Made by a program: the position numbers and the translations under genes. The notes beneath the pieces were generated by a model. The model had not been told where the DNA came from. It ran no database searches and saw nothing but the letters and a program-made list of their open reading frames with translations. From Cylindrospermopsis raciborskii Cr2010 (GTDB lineage: Bacteria; Cyanobacteriota; Cyanobacteriia; Cyanobacteriales; Nostocaceae), in the NCBI RefSeq assembly GCF_003367075.2, contig NZ_CP065936.1, forward strand, positions 2,280,001-2,312,000: a stretch of 32,000 nt of DNA. The letters run 5' to 3'. Every line of letters starts with the position of its first letter. Positions within the stretch are counted from its first letter, which is position 1. Shown piece after piece: positions 25,803-32,000 of this stretch.

Positions 25803-27236
25803 ATGTGCATACCATCTAAGTTGAAAAATTCGTTTTATATCCTCTTATTTTTTTCCACCATCAGTGGTTGTCAAAAAATACCATCCTCCCGTCAGCTTTT
25901 ACCACCCCTACCCCAGGATCCATTGATTCAAGTTTACTTCAATCATGCCCAATCTTCAGAATATCAAGAAAGCTACCGTTTGCAAACCCGTTTAGGGGAT
26001 GATTTAGAAAAACAAATCATCCATAGCATTTTACAAGCAAAATCCACCATAGATGTAGCTGTGCAGGAATTAAGATTACCAAAAATTGCCCAAGCATTAA
26101 TAGAAAAACAACGAGCTGGTGTGGAAATTAGGTTAATCTTAGAAAACCAGTATTCTCTTCCTTGGCAAGATCTAAACTCTAGGATGGTGCAAAACTTACC
26201 TTGGAGAGAGAAGAACAAACAGCAAACCTTGAGATCCCTTATAGATATTAATAAGGACGGGAAAATTACCTCTGAAGAAATTAAACAACGAGATGCCATA
26301 GCCATGATTCAAAATAGCCAAATTCCTTGGATAGATGATACTGCTGATGGTTCTAAAGGTAGTGGTTTAATGCACCATAAGTTTATGGTTATAGATAGTA
26401 AATTGGTAATTATTAGTTCTGCCAATTTCACCCCTAGTGATACTTTTGGAGATGTGAATAATCTCCAGAGTTTAGGGAATGCTAATAACTTAGTGAAAAT
26501 TGACAGTCCAGAATTGGCCAATTTATTCACCCAAGAATTTAACATTATGTGGGACGATGGACCAGGAGGTAAATTAGATAGTAAATTCGGACTACAAAAA
26601 CCTCAACGTCCGTGGCAAAAGATTACCGCAGGTAATAGCCAAATAACCGTAAAGTTTTCCCCTCTTTCCCGTACCCAAATCTGGAGTAAGTCTACTAATG
26701 GATTAATTGGTAAAACTCTCAATATGGCAGTGGAAAATATAGATATGGCATTATTTGTTTTTTCTGACCAAAAAATTGCCAACATCTTGGAAAATCGCCA
26801 TAATCAAAATGTTAAGATCCGAGCTTTAATAGATGCTCAATTTGCTCACCGCTACTACAGTGAAGCTTTAGATATGATGGGTATATCTATTAGTGATAAC
26901 TGTAAATATGAAAAGGATAATCGCCCCTGGCAAAATCCTATTACCACAGTAGGAGTACCCAGTTTATTACCAGGAGACGTACTACACCACAAGTTTGCGG
27001 TTATTGACCACCAAATTGTAATTACTGGTTCTCATAACTGGTCAGAAGCTGCAAATCATAATAATGATGAAAGTTTAATTATTGTGGAAAATCCCACGGT
27101 AGCAGCACATTTTCAAAGGGAATTCCATCGTCTTTACCAAACTATTAAGCTAGAATTACCTTCCACAATCAAAGCTAAAATAGACCAGGAAATACAAGAA
27201 TGTTTGCCAGTAGAAACACAAGGTAAAAATCTTTAA
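25803..27236 (+). CDS. Phospholipase D-family (two HKD motifs) lipoprotein with an embedded EF-hand-type loop
   Basis: 477 aa. It has a signal peptide with a lipobox-like ISGC and HKD motifs HHKFMVIDSKLVIISSANFT and HHKFAVIDHQIVITGSHNWS. A canonical 12-residue EF-hand loop, DINKDGKITSEE, precedes the first HKD. Confidence 0.85.
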   Translation: MCIPSKLKNSFYILLFFSTISGCQKIPSSRQLLPPLPQDPLIQVYFNHAQSSEYQESYRLQTRLGDDLEKQIIHSILQAKSTIDVAVQELRLPKIAQALIEKQRAGVEIRLILENQYSLPWQDLNSRMVQNLPWREKNKQQTLRSLIDINKDGKITSEEIKQRDAIAMIQNSQIPWIDDTADGSKGSGLMHHKFMVIDSKLVIISSANFTPSDTFGDVNNLQSLGNANNLVKIDSPELANLFTQEFNIMWDDGPGGKLDSKFGLQKPQRPWQKITAGNSQITVKFSPLSRTQIWSKSTNGLIGKTLNMAVENIDMALFVFSDQKIANILENRHNQNVKIRALIDAQFAHRYYSEALDMMGISISDNCKYEKDNRPWQNPITTVGVPSLLPGDVLHHKFAVIDHQIVITGSHNWSEAANHNNDESLIIVENPTVAAHFQREFHRLYQTIKLELPSTIKAKIDQEIQECLPVETQGKNL

Positions 27237-27244
27237 CAAAAAAA

Positions 27245-27273
27245 ATCTCTATCTTGTTGATAAAGATAGAGAT
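27245..27273 (-). terminator. Intrinsic terminator for psbD (hairpin plus U-tract on minus strand); may also serve the convergent PLD gene
   Basis: Perfect 11-bp inverted repeat atctctatctt (27245-27255) and aagatagagat (27263-27273) with a 7-nt loop. An A-run at about 27237-27245 gives a U-tract after the hairpin in the minus-strand transcript. It lies between the convergent stops at 27236 and 27310. Confidence 0.7.
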
Positions 27274-27309
27274 GGAGTTTATTGAATAGATTATTGAATT
27301 ATGAACATC

Positions 27310-28365
27310 TTACAGAGCATTACCACGTGGCAATACTTCCTCTGGGAAGACAAACTGTTCATGAGGTTGGTCTTGAGGCGCCATCCAAGCTCGGATACCC
27401 TCGTTTAATAAAATGTTCTTGGTATAGAATGTTTCAAACTCTGGGTCTTCTGCTGCCCGTAATTCTTGGGATACGAAGTCATAAGCTCGCAGGTTTAATG
27501 CTAAACCTACAATCCCTACAGCACTCATCCACAATCCGGTAACGGGTACAAACAACATGAAGAAGTGTAACCAGCGCTTGTTGGAAAAAGCAATCCCGAA
27601 AATCTGTGACCAGAAACGGTTTGCTGTCACCATGGAGTAGGTTTCTTCTGATTGGGTAGGATTGAATGCGGGGAAGGTGTTGGAACCTTCGCCATCTTCA
27701 AATAGGGTGTTTTCTACTGTTGCACCATGGATAGCACATAGTAAAGCTCCACCTAAGATTCCTGCTACACCCATCATGTGGAAGGGGTTTAAGGTCCAGT
27801 TGTGGAAACCTTGGAGGAATAATAGGAACCGGAATATGGCTGCTACGCCAAAACTAGGTGCAAAGAACCAGCTGGATTGTCCCAAGGGGTACATCAAGAA
27901 AACGCTGACAAATACGGCAATCGGACCGGAAAATGCCAGAGCATTATAAGGACGAATACCTACTAGTCTAGCAATTTCAAATTGACGCAACATGAAGCCA
28001 ATTAGTCCAAAGGCACCATGTAAAGCAACAAAGGGCCACAAACCACCTAGTTGACACCAGCGGGTAAAGTCACCTTGAGCTTCTGGACCCCATAGAAATA
28101 ATAGGGAGTGTCCCATACTGTCTGCAGGGGTGGATACTGCTACTGTCAAGAAGTTAGCTCCTTCTAAGTAGGAGGAGGCTAAACCATGGGTATACCAAGA
28201 TGTAACGAAAGTAGTACCGGTTAACCAACCGCCTAATGCTAGGAAGGCACAGGGGAATAGTAATACTCCTGACCAACCTACAAATACAAAGCGATCGCGC
28301 TTCAACCAGTCATCTAATACGTCAAACCACCCTCTGGAAGGGGCGCGTCCAACTGCAATAGTCAT
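27310..28365 (-). CDS. psbD: Photosystem II D2 reaction-centre protein
   Basis: 351 aa with an unmistakable D2 sequence ([33 protein letters not shown]...). Confidence 0.99.
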   Translation of the reverse strand: MTIAVGRAPSRGWFDVLDDWLKRDRFVFVGWSGVLLFPCAFLALGGWLTGTTFVTSWYTHGLASSYLEGANFLTVAVSTPADSMGHSLLFLWGPEAQGDFTRWCQLGGLWPFVALHGAFGLIGFMLRQFEIARLVGIRPYNALAFSGPIAVFVSVFLMYPLGQSSWFFAPSFGVAAIFRFLLFLQGFHNWTLNPFHMMGVAGILGGALLCAIHGATVENTLFEDGEGSNTFPAFNPTQSEETYSMVTANRFWSQIFGIAFSNKRWLHFFMLFVPVTGLWMSAVGIVGLALNLRAYDFVSQELRAAEDPEFETFYTKNILLNEGIRAWMAPQDQPHEQFVFPEEVLPRGNAL

Positions 28366-28535
28366 GGAAAATCTCCGTATTTTATAATTACGATTCTAGA
28401 AAGCCCGTAGAAGCGTGCAGATAGTTATCATACAACCTTCCCCAAGCAGACTTTTAACTGAGCTGTCCAGTTTACAATTTTTTACTGTCTGTAAATTATC
28501 ATAAGTGCAAATCTCTAATTTTTCTAGGGGTAATA

Positions 28536-28595
28536 AGTTTTTTTTAGTTTTTTTTAATTTTTTTTAATTTTCCTTAATTTTTTTTAATTTTTCCC
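28536..28595. promoter_or_regulatory. Six consecutive 10-bp units A(A/G)T8 (phased A/T tracts), predicted intrinsically bent DNA in the divergent psbD / 28672 intergenic region
   Basis: AG/AA dinucleotides fall at 28536, 28546, 28556, 28566, 28576 and 28586. Each is followed by T8, with one unit reading ttttcctt and the last run shortened to T5. That gives an exact 10-bp period over 60 bp. Confidence 0.7.
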
Positions 28596-28671
28596 CTGAC
28601 AGAAGAGCGGTAGGATGGCTCTGAACAGGTTAGAATAGTTCCTACGATCAGTCAAATTTAATTATTTGTAA

Positions 28672-28959
28672 ATGTTTACTATCGACATAAGCATTAGAAA
28701 CACCGCCTTCTCTATGTCAGTACAGCGTAAATCAGCGGAAGATGCTGAAGCTGTTTACCAACTGATTTTGGCGGCTATGGGATCTGGCAGTCCCGCTATT
28801 GTGGAACTTAAGTGTGAGGGCAAAACTGAAAAGAAAATTGCTGTCCTAGCCAGTGAAATTTCGGGAGTACAAATCCTCCAAAAGGATGGTGTTGCTAGTA
28901 GTAGTGGTAAGCTTCCCGGGTTTGCCGCCTTTACCGTTAAGGAGGAAACTCAGGTATAA
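28672..28959 (+). CDS. Conserved-looking small hypothetical protein (95 aa)
   Basis: It has an ATG start and non-repetitive composition. Its stop (28957-28959) lies 1 nt before the next ATG (28961), suggesting translational coupling with the ABC ATPase. Confidence 0.5.
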   Translation: MFTIDISIRNTAFSMSVQRKSAEDAEAVYQLILAAMGSGSPAIVELKCEGKTEKKIAVLASEISGVQILQKDGVASSSGKLPGFAAFTVKEETQV

Positions 28960-28960
28960 G

Positions 28961-29626
28961 ATGACATCATCAGGCATCGAAGTTGAACATTTAAACTTCT
29001 TTTGGCCTAATGGAGAGCAGGCAATTAAATCTTGCTCTCTTACTGTCCCTAAAGGTGAATTTTGGATGCTTTTAGGGACTAATGGTAGTGGGAAGTCAAC
29101 TCTTTTGAGGTTAATTGCCGGTCTATTAGTTCCACAATCCGGTAGGATTGACATTTTATCTCCTCTGGGTTTTGTCTTCCAAAATCCCGATCACCAGTTA
29201 GTTATGCCTACTGTGGGAGCTGATGTGGCTTTTGGACTGGTTCCGGAAAAACTTTCTACTTCTATGGTTAAGGCCAGAGTAGAGGAGGCTTTGCAAGCTG
29301 TTAATTTGCTATCTGTGCAACGCAGACCTATTTATGCCCTTTCTGGTGGACAGAAACAGCGTGTGGCTATTGCTGGAGCGATCGCTCGTCACTGTGAAGT
29401 TTTATTATTGGATGAACCCACCGCTTTATTAGACCCTGATAGTCAATTAGAGTTGGTGACGACTGTGCGTCAATTAGTCAAAACTCGGTCTATTGCCGCT
29501 CTGTGGGTTACCCATAGACTAGAGGAGTTAAATTATTGTGATGGTGCTTTTTTATTGGAGCAGGGGGTTTTAGTAGCAGCTGGGGATCCGGAACTCCTGA
29601 AACAGCGGTTAACCGGATCCCAATGA
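28961..29626 (+). CDS. ABC transporter ATP-binding protein, ECF/CbiO-like
   Basis: The ORF track start at 28853 overlaps the previous gene, so I use the ATG at 28961 (MTSSGIEVEHLNFFWPNGEQ). It has Walker A GTNGSGKST, signature LSGGQKQR and Walker B LLLDEP. Confidence 0.85.
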   Translation: MTSSGIEVEHLNFFWPNGEQAIKSCSLTVPKGEFWMLLGTNGSGKSTLLRLIAGLLVPQSGRIDILSPLGFVFQNPDHQLVMPTVGADVAFGLVPEKLSTSMVKARVEEALQAVNLLSVQRRPIYALSGGQKQRVAIAGAIARHCEVLLLDEPTALLDPDSQLELVTTVRQLVKTRSIAALWVTHRLEELNYCDGAFLLEQGVLVAAGDPELLKQRLTGSQ

Positions 29627-29740
29627 AAGCAGATTTTTTTGTTCTCTGTAGCATGGTGTAATCAGCATTGCTTCAATTCTTCAATTACTATGAATCTTAT
29701 GGATGATTTTTGTCTATTTTAGTAATTGTGATTAGAAACC

Positions 29741-30289
29741 ATGCCCCCTTCTACTATTCCATCCATTCTACTGGTGGATGGCTACAACATTATAGGCTCA
29801 TGGCCTTGTCTCAAAAAAACCCGTGATGATTCTAGTATGGAAGCAGCTCGCGACCATTTGGTGGAACTAATCACCAACTACAGCGCGTTTGAAGGATATG
29901 AGTCTCATATAGTTTTTGACGCCCATTATCAGAACACCCCTAGCAATAGGGAAATGATTACTGATTTCCTCACTGTCCACTATACAGAGTTTGGACAAAC
30001 TGCTGATACTTATATCGAAAAGGTTTGTGCGGGTCTACGTCACCAAGTTGCACAATGTTTAGTTTCTCGCGTAATTGTAGCCACTTCAGACCGGGCTCAA
30101 CAGTTAGTAGTTCAAGGCTATGGTGCGGAGTGGTTATCAGCCAGACAATTATGTAACCAGGTAGAAGCAAAGGTTTGTCAGATGCGTAATCAACACCAAT
30201 CACAAAAAAAATCTAAGGGTAGATTTTTATCCCATTCTATAAATGATGAAGCTAGACAAAAGTTAATTCGTCTAAGAATGGGTCTCTAG
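29741..30289 (+). CDS. NYN-domain protein (YacP/Rae1-like predicted ribonuclease)
   Basis: 182 aa. LLVDGYNIIGSW...AR..L...ITNYSAF.G....VFDA...V.YT....TAD..IE is the typical YacP-like pattern. Confidence 0.75.
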   Translation: MPPSTIPSILLVDGYNIIGSWPCLKKTRDDSSMEAARDHLVELITNYSAFEGYESHIVFDAHYQNTPSNREMITDFLTVHYTEFGQTADTYIEKVCAGLRHQVAQCLVSRVIVATSDRAQQLVVQGYGAEWLSARQLCNQVEAKVCQMRNQHQSQKKSKGRFLSHSINDEARQKLIRLRMGL

Positions 30290-30350
30290 GCCTGGTTGGT
30301 GGTCCAAAAACAAAATTGGCAAATCAATGAAAAAATTCTCGCCGAGGTAC

Positions 30351-30379
30351 TTGACATTGTCTGAATGTTGGTTTAATAT
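30351..30379 (+). promoter_or_regulatory. Sigma70-type promoter for tRNA-Asn (TTGACA - 17 nt - TAATAT)
   Basis: TTGACA at 30351-30356, a 17-nt spacer, and TAATAT at 30374-30379. The mature tRNA 5' end is 20 nt downstream. Confidence 0.6.
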
Positions 30380-30398
30380 TATTAAAGATGATGAGTTT

Positions 30399-30470
<72 letters not shown>

Positions 30471-31529
30471 TTATTCCTGGTTTTCTGTATACCAATGGTG
30501 GAGGTTCTGTACCTGCACCCTACGGGAAACCCGTCGATATTTCTTGCTTTCTAGTTTTGGCTCGTAGTGATTCTCACCCTGACCTTTAGTCTTTAATTTT
30601 AGGGTGGACTCAGGGTCAGACTGCTGTTGACAAATGGTTTGGTAGGCGATCGCCTCTTGCAAAAATTCCAGGTAGTATTCATATCTTTCCCAATCATTGT
30701 TGACTATACAACCTGGTTCGTCTCGATGTAAACAATCACTAAATCGACAACTCCCCTTCTCTAAGAATTTTCTACCTTCGGGAAAATAGTAGATTAACTC
30801 TTCTGGAGCAAAACCTAAATCTGGTTGATTAAACCCTGGTGTGTCTGCTAGTAAACCACCATTGGGTAACTCAAACAATTCTACGTGACGAGTGGTATGA
30901 CGACCACGGGCCAACTTACCAGAAACCTTTCCCACCCTCAAGTTTCCCTGGGGAATTAATTGGTTAATCAAACTGGACTTCCCCACACCAGAAGGACCAG
31001 CAATTACCGTGATTTTATTTTTTAAATATTCCCTAGCTTCCTCAATATTCATACCCTCTTGGACGCTCAAAAAAATTGGCTTGTATCCCCAACTCTCTAA
31101 GCGATCGCTAATTGCTCTTCTTTCATCCTCTTTGATTAAGTCACATTTATTTAAACATAACCGAAGATCTATACCTGTAGACTCGCCCTTAATTAAAAAT
31201 CTACTTAACTGCACAGGTTCCAAAGGAGGATCCGCAAGTGCAAAAACTAAGAGAATTTGATTTACATTGGCGATCGCTGGTCTATCCAATTCAGTTTTTC
31301 GTGGTAAAACATCAGCGATCGCACCTCTTCCCCCCATCCAGTCAGGTTCTTCCACCAGTACCTGATCTCCCACCATTACCTGCTGACCAATTTTCTTCAA
31401 TCTGGTTCTGCGAGTGCACAGGAGAGTGGGAATTAGTCCCCCCTGTAACTGCACACGGTAAAAATTGGCCTGCACAGCCAACACCGTACCCACCAATTCT
31501 TGATTGGTAGCAATCCTATCTCCTGTCAT
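30471..31529 (-). CDS. rsgA: Ribosome small-subunit-dependent GTPase A
   Basis: 352 aa. It has an N-terminal OB fold, circularly permuted GTPase motifs (LNKCDL, GPSGVGKSSLIN, DTPGF) and a C-terminal zinc knuckle (CRFSDCLHRDEPGC). Confidence 0.9.
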   Translation of the reverse strand: MTGDRIATNQELVGTVLAVQANFYRVQLQGGLIPTLLCTRRTRLKKIGQQVMVGDQVLVEEPDWMGGRGAIADVLPRKTELDRPAIANVNQILLVFALADPPLEPVQLSRFLIKGESTGIDLRLCLNKCDLIKEDERRAISDRLESWGYKPIFLSVQEGMNIEEAREYLKNKITVIAGPSGVGKSSLINQLIPQGNLRVGKVSGKLARGRHTTRHVELFELPNGGLLADTPGFNQPDLGFAPEELIYYFPEGRKFLEKGSCRFSDCLHRDEPGCIVNNDWERYEYYLEFLQEAIAYQTICQQQSDPESTLKLKTKGQGENHYEPKLESKKYRRVSRRVQVQNLHHWYTENQE

Positions 31530-31554
31530 AATCTCATAAAGTTTAATGATATCA

Positions 31555-31797
31555 TCAGACTAGGGGACGACGTACTAATAAGGAAAAATACTCAGATTTG
31601 TCAGTAATATTTTCTACATGAAACCCAGCCATGGTCAGGCTGTCGGGAACCTGCTCAATTGGTTCACCCGGATCCAGCCAAACCTCGAGTAAACTGCCAT
31701 CAGACATTTGTTCTAGGCACAACTTCGTCCGTACAAAATTAATAGGACAAGGGGTTCCACGTAAATCTAATTGGTCATCAGGGGTAGACAAGCTCAT
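31555..31797 (-). CDS. TusA/SirA-family sulfurtransferase-like protein
   Basis: The ORF track start at 31803 is GTG. The ATG at 31797 has GAGG upstream. LDLRGTPCPINFVRTKL carries the conserved TusA-type Cys, and the size is about 80 aa. Confidence 0.75.
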   Translation of the reverse strand: MSLSTPDDQLDLRGTPCPINFVRTKLCLEQMSDGSLLEVWLDPGEPIEQVPDSLTMAGFHVENITDKSEYFSLLVRRPLV

Positions 31798-31806
31798 GTT
31801 CACACC

Positions 31807-32000
31807 TCATGCTTTAAATAGATTACCTAAGAAACCTTCTAAACCACCCTTACCGGTGCGGTCTCCCTTAATCTTAGCCAATTTTTCCAGTAGTTCTCGT
31901 TCCTCGGGAGTGACCTTGGTAGGAATATCAATTAACACTGTCAGCAGATGATCCCCTCGACTTACCGCATTACCCAACCGAGGTACTCCCCGATTTTCAA
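31807..32000 (-). CDS. dnaJ: Molecular chaperone DnaJ, C-terminal end only (5' part outside window)
   Basis: My translation of the minus strand gives [63 protein letters not shown], a typical DnaJ C-terminus. It is absent from the ORF track because it is truncated. Confidence 0.85.
   Translation of the reverse strand, partial: ENRGVPRLGNAVSRGDHLLTVLIDIPTKVTPEERELLEKLAKIKGDRTGKGGLEGFLGNLFKA

Noticed and set aside
27282-27949. Plus-strand ORFs 27282-27542 and 27662-27949
   Set aside because: They are antisense to psbD, one of the most conserved genes known. They are shadow ORFs.
28536-28595. T-rich 10-bp repeats, or the 12-bp GKEI repeats, as a CRISPR array
   Set aside because: The repeats are contiguous with no spacers, far shorter than CRISPR repeats, and no cas genes are present.
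28853-28960. Longer N-terminal extension of the ABC ATPase (ORF track start at 28853)
   Set aside because: The extension overlaps the 3' end of the 28672 ORF in another frame and encodes an atypical hydrophobic/basic leader. The ATG at 28961, 1 nt after the upstream stop, gives a normal-length ATPase beginning just before the first beta-strand and Walker A.
29583-29640. 9-bp inverted repeat gggatccgg/ccggatccc at the end of the ABC ATPase gene followed by a T7 run, as a terminator
   Set aside because: It has a 21-nt loop and a 12-nt gap between the stem and the T-run. The stem lies inside the coding sequence. It does not fit an intrinsic terminator well.
31009-31951. Plus-strand ORFs 31009-31260, 31238-31510 and 31631-31951
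   Set aside because: They are antisense to rsgA, the tusA-like gene and dnaJ. They are shadow ORFs with Ser/Pro/Leu-rich composition.

Overview
This window is a cyanobacterial chromosome segment. The evidence is psbD, chlG, an ictB-like gene, a PetP-like gene, and 22 copies of the HIP1 palindrome GCGATCGC, where under one is expected by chance. The AT-rich coding style and the AACCCAAC-hairpin short repeats suggest a filamentous, Nostocales-like genome; that placement is inference. Most of the window is ordinary housekeeping: gloB (partial), an ABC1 kinase, a YdeP/FdhF-type molybdoenzyme, LMW-PTP, a NarL-type response regulator, smpB, DUF29, ictB, cydAB, chlG, an ArsA-like ATPase, cysteine desulfurase, a PLD-family lipoprotein, monocistronic psbD, an ECF-type ABC ATPase, a NYN nuclease, tRNA-Asn, rsgA, a tusA-like gene and dnaJ (partial). 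The outstanding region is about 14.3-18.1 kb. It holds a head-to-tail tandem array of a ~1 kb gene for an Rpn/YhgA-like PD-(D/E)XK nuclease (putative transposase family) with a DUF4351-like C-terminal module. There are three full copies, a 5' orphan C-terminal module fused to a ribbon-helix-helix-like N-terminus, and a 3' decayed stub. Every junction overlaps by the same 20 nt. Each copy carries a 12-bp in-frame (GKEI)n repeat at a different copy number (3, 2, 7, 4). An SD plus ATG sits exactly at the boundary of the C-terminal module. I propose, as inference only, that this is an amplified toxin/intragenic-antitoxin-type (Rpn-like) locus headed by an RHH-antitoxin-like chimera. Other items worth a look:
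- a deletion scar fusing truncated prpF and APC-permease genes
- six exactly 10-bp-phased T8 tracts between psbD and a divergent operon
- a canonical EF-hand loop in the PLD lipoprotein
- a Walker-A Lys-to-Arg ArsA-like protein upstream of chlG
- a textbook sigma70-type promoter for a tRNA-Asn that abuts the rsgA stop codon
All protein-family calls rest on motif recognition by eye; no database search was possible.
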